NCBI GenBank assembly: GCA_002633005.1
Contig: NMRA01000090.1
Coordinates: forward strand, 727,674-791,673
DNA length: 64,000 nucleotides
Direction of reading: 5' to 3'
Source of the DNA: Phoronis australis
Lineage: Eukaryota > Animalia > Phoronida
Positions 24,601-36,800 of this stretch are shown here, in pieces. A program made the position numbers and the translations under genes. The notes beneath the pieces were generated by a model. The model did no database searches and was not told where the DNA came from. It saw nothing but the letters and a program-made list of their open reading frames with translations. Numbering within the stretch: the stretch's first letter is position 1; every line of letters begins with the position of its first letter.

Positions 24601-27100
24601 AGGCTACGGTGTGTCCAACTACCAATAAATCCGTAAGAGCGAAATAAAACAACACGTTTTTGTAAGAACTCGGTGTATTTTAAGGGTTTTACATCGAAGT
24701 TTGATGATTTATTGGTGCTAAACGATGACTCCAAGCTATAAGCTGACACCAGTAACCCGTGTTGTGAACTGCTGAACAGAACGCGTGTGAAACCGATGAC
24801 GTAATTGGATAATTTCAACACCTCCGTCTGCCGTCAGGTGTCAGGTAACGCAACCGCACGTGTCGTTATGGAGTAGAACTACTCGATCTAAATTGATACA
24901 AATTAGGTTGTTTTTTGGGTGGCATGCTCCTTTAAGAACCCCAACCTTAGACCTACGTGTATTACTGCTGTTCAAAAACATGCCACAGATCTACGTCACT
25001 AGATCTCTGACTAGAACTTAGTATATTAAGCACAGGGTGCGAGAAGCTATTGACATCCAAATCCACGGACCAATTATGAAGAGAGATTCGGAACTTGGAG
25101 TGTATTCATATCTGTTGGACATTAGAGAACCCCCGGTAGTGTTTTTATTGTTTTATTCTCCAACGACAGAGGACGCACCCGGTGGTGAATCAAGTGTGTG
25201 AGATATGCACGAAACGGCTGTACACTTACCATATCAAGGTACGATTCTTCACGTAATATTTTCGTCATCTAAATAAGGCCCAGTAATATACATAGTCTCA
25301 TTTTATAGGTGTTGCGTAAGTGGAAGTAAATTCGCTAAATATTATGACGTGCACAGTGCACAATAATCAATTTTACTTCCTTCGTAGCTCGTAACCAGGT
25401 CGGATGCTCATCATATCGAAGTACGAAATGTGGGGTTAACTTATGTCTTTGTAATTATCATACGTGATCCTCTCGTACACCATTCCCTACCCGCGATGAA
25501 ACTTCCTCGCTTAAAGAAAACTTGCAAACCGAGCTGCTGGCCTATTATTGATGTTCTCGTCTCATTTTCTCAATGAATTATTTGAATACTGTGAAATCAA
25601 ATAAAAATAATCGTATTCTCATTACATAGTTTGAATACCATTCATCTGGTCGAGTTCATTTGCAAAAATTGTGGTTAGTCTACTAATACTCGTGTTCAGC
25701 AGGACTTCATGGTATACATGTACGTGTACGTTAACAACATGTAGGCCTATTGCTGAGTTGAGCGCCAAGTGAATTCAATAGTTGGACCCCTTAGCAAAAG
25801 CATGAACTCCACACCAACTCTTATTCAGGTTATGTGTATTAATGACCGTAGATAAATGTCCAAATCTTGGTAGATTAGAAGCATCATATCCCAGGCTGAT
25901 CAGATTCGTATGAATTTTTTGTTACTATGTTTCATACACTCATGTTCTCAATAACACTGTCAGGAATTGTCGTAACAATGTTCCCTTATAATACACCAGG
26001 GTCTGTCAAAGAATAGGATTTTTATGATTTTAATGAAACAGTTGAAGTTCCATGGAAACAAAAACGAAATAACATTTTAGAAAACTGAAACAGCATTTTG
26101 AGATCTCACATTGAGCATTTATATTAAATAAAATTTAATCATGTATGGTATGTTGCTGATTTGCAGTCAATGCACCTTCCGTTTTGTTAAATTTTACTAC
26201 AAACACTGGATAAACAGGTGTCATTAGTTGTCCGTACTCCACCAAGTTTAACTCAATTTTAGTTCCTCTTCAAAGCGTTAAAAGACTTCTTTACCGGCAG
26301 CCATTTTGACCAAAAAAAATTAAAAATGTAGAAAAACAGGAAACCTGTTTGTAGGTAGTTCCTTCGCGTGAATGGTTGAAAGGGCATATACTTGTACTTT
26401 GTATATTAGTTTCACTTCTGACGTGTGACTTCGATGGTTACAATTTGAAATAACCATAGAATAATTATTATGTATTAATAGACCTTTCTTTAAAATCGGC
26501 ATCTCTAATTTTAGTTGAGACCCTGTTTTGCCAAATTCAAAGGGGACATTTTTACTGTTATAATGTTGAAAAGTGCATTTTTCTTCCGAAATGTGATCAC
26601 CACTTGTCGCATGAAAGATGGGTCCTCCTTAGTCTATTGTTTTCGTAGATTTTTATGCTATTGGTCCCTCAGCTGTGACTGTGTGGGTGCATGGGAGAGA
26701 GCAAGGTTGAGTGAGTGACATGGTTATTACCATTGTAACGTTTCCAATTGATGATTGATAAACTTCCTTAAATAAGAAATTCAAATTTTAAGTTTACTCG
26801 AAGCCTGCCATTGAAACTTAACCAACTGTCAAGATGAAACAGTTAATTAAATTTCGAGTAGGCCTACAGGGATTAAACGCAAGGTTTAACCTATAGTATA
26901 GTCCTGTCTAACGGAGATTAGACCCGCGGCTCTGTAACCATTTGGAAAATAAATAAGTATTCACTTTACCTGTTAATCAAATGTATATGTGGTGCATATG
27001 GCCGCTAAACAAGAACGGGGACATGGTGCTGTCGTTCTTAAATTCTGCTGTAACTAATACGTTGTTTTGTGTTAACATTTCAGGCACGTACGTCGGATAA
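21484..27100 (+). CDS. Small secreted peptide precursor, calcitonin/CGRP-like architecture; model join(21484..21670,27084..27100), 67 aa
   Basis: Acceptor tatttcag|gATG. MKLLGVVVLCLTLLLVTQTCRVSG (signal) + NTRHKR (furin site) + TCQTQLCKNLMAKYFQELKLTGHAKDVGKFGD. Putative GC donor G|GCATGT at 21670/21671. Acceptor at 27083 (branch CTAAT, ttaacatttcag) completes GTYVG*. Confidence 0.55.
21776..25250 (+). mobile_element. Penelope-like retroelement (RT + GIY-YIG remnant) with inverted terminal repeats
   Basis: PKLYGLP, SYDVSGLFTS.VP, MGSPMSPIVANIAME, RYFDDTF, IQFTRE, PTHTGEYL..SNH..SHKRSVV and YKCGECTDNYIGETSR; the C-terminal part resumes after 24935. 21776-21905 is the reverse complement of 25121-25250. 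Confidence 0.9.
23310..24931 (+). mobile_element. Kolobok-type DNA transposon (non-autonomous, THAP remnant) nested in the Penelope-like element
   Basis: TTAA duplication (23306-23309, 24932-24935). TIRs AGGCGAATGCCACCC / GGGTGGCATGCTCCT with AG termini. THAP remnant at ~23475-23670 (..FFLLPRESEMLRKWLMVVKN..HLRVCDL). Confidence 0.82.
25997..26525. mobile_element. Probable non-autonomous DNA transposon (CAGGGTCT termini)
   Basis: CAGGGTCTGTCAA at the left end and TTGAGACCCTG at the right end; no clear TSD. Confidence 0.45.
27084..27100 (+). CDS. Candidate terminal coding exon of the peptide precursor (GTYVG*)
   Basis: Branch point CTAAT at ~27053, pyrimidine tract and CAG acceptor. A phase-1 join gives a C-terminal Gly before TAA. 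Confidence 0.45.
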
Positions 27101-28253
27101 AGTCAAGCATTGGAAATACATATTTCATGCTGACGTCGTCACTGAAAGTGCTTTGACTTGGATTTTCTTTTCAATTTTACTTTGGCAATAGACAAGATCG
27201 TCAGTCGGCTACTTACTATGCAATGTACTATGAACGGAGAGGCACCTGTAGACGAACAGTTGCCTGTATCCAGTTTTAACATTTTATTTCGTTATGTATT
27301 TATCGCCTACATGAGAAACAATACTTTTTCAAACACGAACACTCCCATGGATTAGCAACTGGCAGCTTGATTATTACGTTTTGCCTTCTTGAGAAATTCA
27401 GTGTCAAATTGACTGAGCTTCTGCAATGATGAACTCGACAATAATCCACGTAATGCATCACCTGCTTGCCAGTGTTGGTGCTGTAATAAGCCACTGTTGT
27501 AGTCAATAACATGTATCTTACCTGAGCTTTGTGGTTAATTACTACAGACAATTCCGAGGTGGATGGGATCTGTGGTCTGATGACCTTTGCTGGTTGCTTT
27601 GTTGGTAGCGTTGTGTCTTCAAGGGATCAGTTAAAGCTGATTCGACTGTTAAGTACTGTAGGCTAAGAACGAAAATTAAATTAGGCCTTTTACTTGTTCA
27701 TAAAATCTGTCTTACAATAGTCATTGTGCTAGGATCTTATCGGCTTCCGTTTCCAACAAGAACATTAGAATTATCCGCGACACAAGAAAACACTTCAGAG
27801 TTTATTGGCCAACCCTAAAATTGCGAATTCGAAAATGGCGCACGTACGTCTACGATTTGGCTATAGATCGAGTCGTAACGGAAATGGAATACTATCGATG
27901 TAAGGAGCATTTTGTGACAGGGCAAAATGCGATTTTAAGTAATGACATGTAGTTCAAATCCACTTCAACACAAACGCCATCATGGGTAGTCATCCATGCA
28001 TGTAACATGACGGTGGCGTCTTTGTGTCATTTCAGTCTTTAGAAATTCCACGAACATGTTATCACACAAGCAAATAGCAATCTCTACATCAGCAATGATT
28101 GCACTGCAGGCCTTCACGGAACTTCTGTTCGACGCATACGGAGAGCTATACAGACGTGCTCAGCAAACTGTCTCTGTCAGCTAAGAGCTTAGCTCCCGTC
28201 AAAGCACTAACAATTGAATGAAGTAGACTCTAGTTAAACCAATTGTTGTGCTA

Positions 28254-29873
28254 GGCTTTGCTGTGAAAAAGATTTAAAATGGGAAAGTTCCCAGTTCACA
28301 TCTCTTGGAATTACCTTCTCTGTCAACTTACAGGACATGATTCACTTAAACTATGATGTAAAATTAAATGGGGTTAGAAAAGGCATTGGAAATTGGTCAA
28401 AAAGAAATTTGTCTACCTTTGGTAAGATAACGGTTGTCAAATCTTTCTTATTACCAAAACTGATTCACCTCTTTTACACACTTCCTCTTCTAAGTGCTAC
28501 TTTTTTAAGGACATTGAAAAAATATTCTTTAATTTTATATGGGCTACCTCTTCTGATAGAGTCTCTAGAAAAACCATGGTGCAGAAATCTGGAAGTTGGA
28601 GGTGGGAATAGGGTTCATATTCATATTGCGTCATTGTCAAAGCTATTAAACTGGCTTGGATTCGAATATTCTTCAAAAATTATTATAACAATACTTCTCT
28701 TTGGCTAAATATTTTATGTGAAATTATTCCTAATATAAAAACTGACTCTTTTCAGTTAGGTTCTTGTTTTTCCTTGAAGTATCTAACCGTACTAAGAATA
28801 TTTTTGGAAGGATAATTTTATATATTATACGAATGTATCAATCTTTGTGAGATAGATGATCCTTTGTACGAACCTTTGTGGTATAACCCCAAAATTTGTA
28901 TAGACAGTAATCCATTTTTGGAACGAGTGGTTTCAAAGGGGTATACGGTACGTATACGATTTAATTGACCCTGATAAGGGATATATTTTTGATTATCATA
29001 CCTTTTGCACACGTTTTCAATTTTGCCCTTGTATTACTCATTTTATGGAATTCGAAGTTCAATACTTCGTTCTTGGAATCATCTAAGAGACAAGAGTACT
29101 ATAGTCACTCCACTTTTTCCAGAACATATTTTTCGAATCTCCTCGGAAAATAAAGGGACTGGGAAAATCTATGAATTATTCATTTCTAAATTATATGTAA
29201 AACCTGTCGCAGAATTGAAGTGGGAGAGAGAAATTAACTTATGCGATGATACTCAGTCTTGGAAAAAAATTCATTCAGTAATTTATCATTGTACTTCTGA
29301 TGTCAGACTCAGATGGTTTCAATTCCGTATCAACCACAGAATTATTGGTACAAACTCTTATTTAAAGAAAATAGGTGTTAGTGAATCGTCTTTATGTTCT
29401 TTCTGTGAGCAACATGAAGAAACAATTCTACATTTGTATTCGGAATGTTCACTTGTTCAGAAGTTTTGGAGATGTTTAAGAACATGGATGTTAAATCAGT
29501 GCAGTTTCCCTCTGCAGTTAAATATGTCTTCCGCCTTGTTTGGAGACCCAGCCTGTAGATCCAAAGTTGTAAATTTAATCCTTTGCTTAGCGAAATTTCA
29601 TTTATATAGACAAAGACTACAAAAGAGTAAGCCCAATTTTCAGTCATTTTTACGTGAGGTATGTGATTACTACAACCTGGAAAAAAATATTTACAATGAT
29701 AAATTGGATCTTGAGAGATTCCACGCAAGGTGGTCTTTTTTGCTAGCTTTTATAGGGTCCGATAATGTTCGTAATTTGTTTAATGTGCACTAAACTAGGT
29801 GTCATATTGTCACACAACTATGTACCGGTTGGTTGAGTTAATAAATGTCTCTACCAAAAAAAGAAAAAAAAAA
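28254..29873 (+). mobile_element. 5'-truncated Tx1/L1-clade LINE with TSD
   Basis: NWSKRNLSTFGKITVVKSFLLPKLIH, EPLWYNPKI, LRWFQFRINHRIIGTNSYL..CSFCEQHEETILHLYSEC (zf-RVT; ORF 29005-29793). AATAAA plus poly-A. TSD TGTTGT(G/A)CTA at 28244-28253 and 29874-29883. Confidence 0.93.
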
Positions 29874-30084
29874 TGTTGTACTACTTTCTTACTCCAACGT
29901 GAGCTACCTACTTAACAAACGCACAGTACTCTTGAGGCAGCAGGGTGAGCGCGCAGCTTTTCGACGGCGTTGTATTCACGCACGTTCCTTTATCTTGTCG
30001 AGTGAAGATCTAGCAAGAGAGAGAGCGATGGAAGAACACCGTGTACGTTTTATTTCAATTCAGTCTATATTTCATGTAATTAGG

Positions 30085-31750
30085 TCATTGGCTTAGATAA
30101 TAACATATACATGAAAACAGTGATGTACACATGAGCACACATTGTATATCGACAAGTGATTCGTGTCTTTCTTTAGTATGTATTAAAAAATTACATAAAT
30201 TTGTTAATTTGTTTATACAACTTGTATTTATCATATTTACAAAAGTATCACTGATTATATTTCTTATAGGGGGCAAGTATCGATAGCGAAGATCGTTGTA
30301 TAAAGTACCCATAAGTGAAAATGAATTTAATTCCAAACATTTAGTCACTTTGTGAAAGTTCAGTGAGTGTTCTTCTACTTGTATTTGACATGAAACTGAT
30401 CACATCTGTGTCTTGCCAAGCTAGATAAATGAACAAAGTTTTGAAAATAACATGCATAATATTTCAACAATTTTGTTCGGAAAAATGTATACATCCTGAG
30501 ACAACAATTCTCCGTTTCAATGTTGACGTTCCTTATAGTTGCATCTATTTCTGAATTCATTCACAAAATAACCTCGTCAAGTACTCCGTGGTTAATCCAA
30601 TGCCAGTTGGGCACAAAAAGTGTTTTATCTTTAAGCACCAGTTGTCTCAATCATTCCGCGTATCGACCGAGACCGAAGGTCAAGGTCAGTACGCGGAATG
30701 ATGTCTCGTGGGATATTACTTCGTCTACGCCACTCTCGGCACGTTTTGTGTATTTATTTTTCCGCAACAATCTAACATTTTCAGTACGCCACATGTCAGG
30801 TGTCATTTGTCATGTCGTGCTTGATTTTATTTTATTTCTGTCTCTGTTGACAATGGATGTGGCTATAACCGATAATTTCAGTTGATCCATTATTGCTGTT
30901 GTGTTTTTATAACATGTTCTATGTTTTCTCAAACAATAGTATCCTTCAGAGGATCTGGATAGCCTAGTTTAGTTAGTTCAAATTGATTTGGTACATTAAA
31001 ATGTCAATAATCGTAGTTCACTAGCAGGCTGTTAGTTGTGTTCCTTTGCCGCGAGAACGTTCGAGCTGAATTTCTGTCTGGTGTCTGACGTTTCTGGAGA
31101 TATCCTGTGAAATTCTGTTCTGAATTCAAACACTGTTCTCTCGCTTGTCTAACTACGGTGTCGCGGTCCTCATAACAGCTGGGTCTTCCTAGCTGTCGGC
31201 GACCTTTTGAGTTTTAGTCGAAGAGCTCTTTCAGCTGTCATATTTTGTACCTGGATAGCGTATTTGTGGCGTATCTTCCATCAAATCTGCTCCATTACTG
31301 TCCAGATTTCCTATTACTCGTTCGCTGAAGGACCAAGATCAGCAGCACGTTAAATGACGACGTTACGTTTCTTTGACTGGTCCTCGTTGAAGGCGTTTTC
31401 AAGCGAACAAGTCATACCTTCAACTCAACGTTTTCGTCTATCGCTCAAGTACTACATTCTTTTTGTCTTGTGATAATAGTTCATCAAAGTTTTGCAACTT
31501 CTCAGTGGTAGCGTCCACTTTTGTTACTATTTCCTCATTTTCTGAATTGACGCAAAAGTAACTCGGGGTAATGACGGATGACGTCTAGTCCAGTGTTGAC
31601 GTGAGTGTTCACATCTTTCGTTGTGAAGAACTCCCGGGTTATATTAGGTTTCGCACACGCTTTCGTTGTCTGGGTATACATTTCATCGTACAGTACTCGG
31701 CCACTTCTCGGTTTTTAGCTTACATTAACCACTTTGTCACTTATTTCTCA
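30085..31750 (-). mobile_element. Heavily decayed CR1/L2-group LINE (ORF1 remnant and ORF2 3' end)
   Basis: Minus-strand KKRNVVI ORF1-like motif (~31370-31345) and C-terminal TKC..FSL..LYNDLRYRYLP..LTNLCNFL typical of CR1/L2 ORF2 ends. Confidence 0.5.
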
Positions 31751-33294
31751 GAGTATGACGCATGTGCATTCTAGTGATAACCATGTAGTCGCATTTAAAG
31801 GCTTAAGGCCAGAGTAGGTGGAGAGTCACGAGCTCAGCCCGTTGCCTCAAGTGAAAGATAGCTGGACTGGCAGCTCAAGGCACAAGGCGTGAAAGTACGT
31901 CCATGATTGAATATATTAGTCACTAGTTCAATAAAATGTTCACACCTTGGTTTGAGGTATGCTGACTTCTTCTCAAGGCAAACGTAGCTGAGCTTGCGGT
32001 TCGTATTTGCCTGCCCATGTGCTTAGACATCTCGTGCAGGATTATTCGCAGTGCAAAACTTTAGTGATGCAAAACTATATCATGTTTACTAAAAGGAAAA
32101 AAAATCGCCCTTTTTGTAAGAAAAATGCTGTAATAGGTCACTCTACCGATCCCGGTCTCGTCATCTTTCATAGTCCAAGTAGAACTTACTTCTTGGCTTG
32201 AGAAGAACTGACAGTTGCTTACAAATTTGCTTGGCACTGCGGCTTAGTTTTAGCCGCAAAAGCACTCTGGCGGTCTAGAGGAAGTCCAGACTTTTTGCAA
32301 CCAACTTCAAATAAAGCAAAGCGAAAGAACCCAGTAACACTGCCCGCGACTGGAAGAAAGTGTTTTTGACAACAGAACAAGGTTTTCCTTGCCCTATGGT
32401 ATTCTTGGGGCTTACATGTCGTTTCCTCACATAATTCGTTATTCTGGGAATTCGTTCCAATCATTCTATGCATTGTTGCCAAAATTCGAAAGTGAAAAAG
32501 CGGGAAATCTGGATTTAGGTTTCACCGCAAGGGGAAATGACCATCACAGCGGTCAGAAATATACTGACGAATTTTTATTTTTAATCGTGCCTTTGAAATA
32601 AAGCGGGAGAAATCGGCAAAGCACGGAAATCTACGATAATGCGTAAAAGTCGCAACATGTGGCAAAAAGTGGGACATTCTGAAGTCGTTTGTGGACGCCA
32701 GACGAAGCTTCATAAAGCGTAACGTCAACGTCAGTGAAGTTATTATATTGCGTTATTTTAGCGTAGTCTTACACGATTCGCCGCCAAACTCGTAATATAG
32801 CAACTTTGCAAAACATATCCCGGTTCTATTGCATTTTGGTTCGGACATTTTGGTGTGCTTGAAAGGTGCCCACCGCGAAACGTTTACGACATGGATGCTA
32901 AAATAACGTTTGTGGTAATTAAATGTAACAACATGTGTACAACCGCGTAATATGCAAGTCTAATAAAGATGTAGGCCTAGTCCTGAGGTTGATGGAGGAT
33001 GTATGTCTCAGTTGCGATATATGACATGCTGAGGGGCAGCCCTGAAGAGTTGCGTAGCAGTTTGGCGACATAATACACTGATGGCACTGTCAGTGTATAA
33101 TGGGTGTGAACCACTCTTTGACGGTACTCCATCACGGATTGTCAATGTGAGTGATTGAAATCCATCATGAACGAAACACGCATGCCTGTGAGGATCAACG
33201 AACTAACTAAGAGTAGTAATTGTTGTCATTCAACACTGTGAGTATGAAACACAAATGAGCACGTCTTATGGTAAATTTGATCGCCTATAAACAT

Positions 33295-33803
33295 TCAACA
33301 GTTAGAGCTATTTTTTACAGCAAGCGTACGCTCATTTTGTCTGTGACGCCGTTTGCTAGAATTCCTCCGAATAGAGTTATTTCGATTTCCATATGAGGTT
33401 ACTTTGATTTCGGGCAGAGTCGGAGATTTCACCACACCCTTTTTAGAAAACACTGGGGATCGGGGGCAAGTGAAAAGTTGAGGTAAAATGGGCGTCGAGA
33501 CGCACATTGCCGCTGACGCCAGCGGGCTTTTCTCTACATCTGTGATAAATCGCTTGTCACGAAGACGGAATAAGTTAACCACCATTTCTCCGAGTCGCGA
33601 AAATCGAATTTTTCTTTTTGTCAAATGTAAATCTGGCTCGCTAAAAGACTTAGCACGATGAAGCGTATCTTTGCTGCTCTCAACTTTGTTTAATTCCTTA
33701 GAAATGTCCATAATTGTTTTAGCGCAAACTCTTCTTCCGCAGAACTTTGCCCATTCGTATGCACAGAAAGCACGTCCAAAGTCCGTTTTGCTGCACGATG
33801 CAC
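33295..33803 (-). CDS. ANKRD33B: ANKRD33B-like exon 4 (terminal)
   Basis: attttag|GT GCA..: GASCSKTDFGRAFCAYEWAKFCGRRVCAKTIMDISKELN...SSNC*. Confidence 0.88.
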
Positions 33804-36800
33804 CTAAAATGAGTTCATGTTCAGTTAAGACCTGTAACAGTTACTGGGTTCACGCTGTTCATCCATTTACTACAACTACTGTATTTACTAAAATTAGTTC
33901 ATGTTGTATAAATCACCTTGGGGTCGTATTTATTATAGCAAAGAAGCATAGCAGGAGATTTCATCAACTAGATCAATCCTGTTTGATGAATGAATTCATT
34001 ATACTTCTGAAATCATTGAGTATTCACGTCACACTGGCAAACCCTGTAAAAACCTGTTTTTATAGTGGTGCTAATTTACTCCAGTATATTACGCGTAAAA
34101 ATAGGCCAAATGTGCTAATAAGTTTAATGTGTGCTCAACTTACTAAGATGATTTTAATTCGCTTTGTTGGAAATGAGATATACCACGTGACTCATCACTG
34201 TGTTCTCACCTGATGAAACTAAAGCATGGATACACTCCACCCGTCCTTGAACAGCTGCCTTCATTAATGCTGTGAAACCATTTTGGTTCTGTAAGTCAAC
34301 GTCAATACTTGATGACGTCAGCAGAACTGTCACTGTTGCTGTGTGACCTGAAATCATGCTCACAGTGGTGCGTATTTTATCAACAGGCTTGAGAGCAGAC
34401 TCTTCCACAGTCTCTATGTAAACTAGTGATTGCAATTCGGCTTGGCTCTTGGCTTTGTAAACCAACACCAAGGTGTATCGCCAAGGGTCATGTTCGTGAA
34501 AAGTGACTCCTTAGTTGGATCGTCCTGTCCATACAACTGTTTTTGAAAAGCAATTAAATCTCACTGAGGCAAAAGTGCAAAATATTTGTGAATAAACATA
34601 TAGCTTTTAATTGTTGAGATAATTTCTATAAATTAATTTTATACTACGATGCGCTCAATGTGGCTTGGCTAAACCTGTTCTCACCAATTCTTGCGGCAAC
34701 GTGTGAACATTTTCAGCGTTTGATATGCGGTTCGGTAACGATATCACCATCAGTTTGCTTTGGAAAATTTGTTGACGTCGAGTTTTTTCGGACACATCCG
34801 AATTATAGTTAAGTAAGTGTGTGATGCATACTGCATAATTCTTAAAAACTGGAGCCTGCCCAACAATTCCTCGGCCAGAGACAAAGGGTAAGTCTGGCAC
34901 TGGTAGTAGACAAATGTTCTCTTTGGTCTTTTAAAGCAGCATTAACAAATTAAAATTTGTCTCTCGGTTAATGCTGCTTTGCATGTCACCACCAAGATTT
35001 TCCCTTGGCTACCACCACACCAGAGACTAGACTGCCCCGAGGTATTCTGGCACATGGATGGTCACAGAGACGTCGAGTAACATAGTAACAAAGGTTGGCG
35101 CTGTTAAAAAGCCCGGGCACTGATTGGTCCCTCACCCCAAGTTTCTTTTGCCTTTAATTCCATGTTGATGTCTGCTGGATAACAAAATCACGTTCATAAT
35201 GTGACCTTGTTCTTCCCTAGTGTTAGTTCGTAGTAGTCAATGCAGTCAGGATCTGGACCGCGTATTTTCGAGTGGCAAGAACTTCTACACTCCTTCACAG
35301 TGCTACGAAAGGTAGCACTGTTGCATGTTGTTTAACATGGCTTCTCATTGGTTAAAGTAATGAAACCTACTTCATAACATTCAGTCATTCCTATTGGTTG
35401 AAATCTCGGAAACGCTTTTCAACTACTGTTACGTAGTATGCCGACCACCTTTGACTTGAATAGTTGCAATTCGTCAAAACGGGCAGTGATCGAAGTAAAC
35501 AAAATCAAGGCAACCCCGATCCTGCGGCAAAGCTCGAACAAGTACAGTGCATAAAGGCGTCTGCGAGTGATGGCGATGTGATTGGTAATCTTACGACCAA
35601 GTATGCGCACTGATGCCCACACACGGAATTCCATGTGTCGTTTATCATGTTCCACAGGGCCACTTTTCAGTATAGGTGGCGCTACGTCAGAGGGTACGCG
35701 AACTTCTAGCGCTGGAGCCTGGAACGAGGCTTCCTACGACCCATCGTCATGGATTATTCCGTATAATGCACTTTAAATTATTTTAGATAAAGCTAACTAT
35801 GAATCATAATAAACTTAACTTTGATTTCAACAGAAAATGTAGCAGGAATTGTTCATACGTTACAGCTGTTGACTTTGGTTATCTCTTCCTGGTTTGATGT
35901 ATTTACCTGCTTCGGCTGCAAGCATCAGTGGTGTGTTACCCTCATTGTCACGAGCATTCACATCCACATGAGGAAGCTGTAGTAGGGAGGACACAATGTA
36001 ATCGTGACCGGCAATGGCGGCCGCCATCAGTGGTGTCTGGAAAAGGAATGTTGTCAGATAGAGGGCGTGCCGAGCAAGACATGTTGGCGACAGCGCAGTT
36101 GTTAAGGTCACAGTCTTTTACTTGCATTCACTAAAGTTGTGAATGAGTTTTTACATGATTGTCAGAATAAATATTGATTAAGTAATTGTACAGACAGATC
36201 CATTTTAAGTAGCCCAAATTTTGTGCATGTGTACTTTTAAATCATGGGGCCAAACTCGATGACATGCATTTGAAGTTCTACTTTGGTTCTGGGGACAAAG
36301 CTAAAGCTTCTAGAAATTTCTTAGCAGCCAATGATACGATTGGATGAGATCATTTGATTTTTATTGGATATTCAAAGACTTGCATAGGAAATTGTATAAC
36401 GGAGCCATATCGTGGAAGATTCTAAAGAGGATGTTGGCAAGGGCGAGGGCTTAAACGAACAAGAGGTTACATATGAGCTTGTCACTTGCATAGTGCGTAG
36501 TCACGGGTTGCGTCACGAGGGACTGCGACCAGCGAGAGGAACCGTAGGTAGAAGATATTGCCTGCAAGTGTTGCGTCGCGAAGGACTGTGACCAGCAAGT
36601 ACACTGTCGTAATACAGTGTGTGTGTAGTTAGAAGATTCACCAACAGGACTGTCATCCAACAAGTAGAGAGTCCTACAGCTTGGACAGCAGATGAGGCAT
36701 TTGGATTTTTTGGTTGGAGTAATCCATACAGAGGGTGCTAGTGCAGTTACTCTAATTCATTGTTAGTTTACTTAACAACAGGTTTCATTTGTTTTAATTA

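Noticed and set aside
29005-29793. 262-aa ORF as a host gene
   Set aside because: It is the zf-RVT C-terminus of a 5'-truncated, frameshifted Tx1 LINE with poly-A and TSD.
33671-34213. 180-aa plus-strand ORF
   Set aside because: Antisense to the ankyrin gene exon 4/intron 3; no recognisable motifs.
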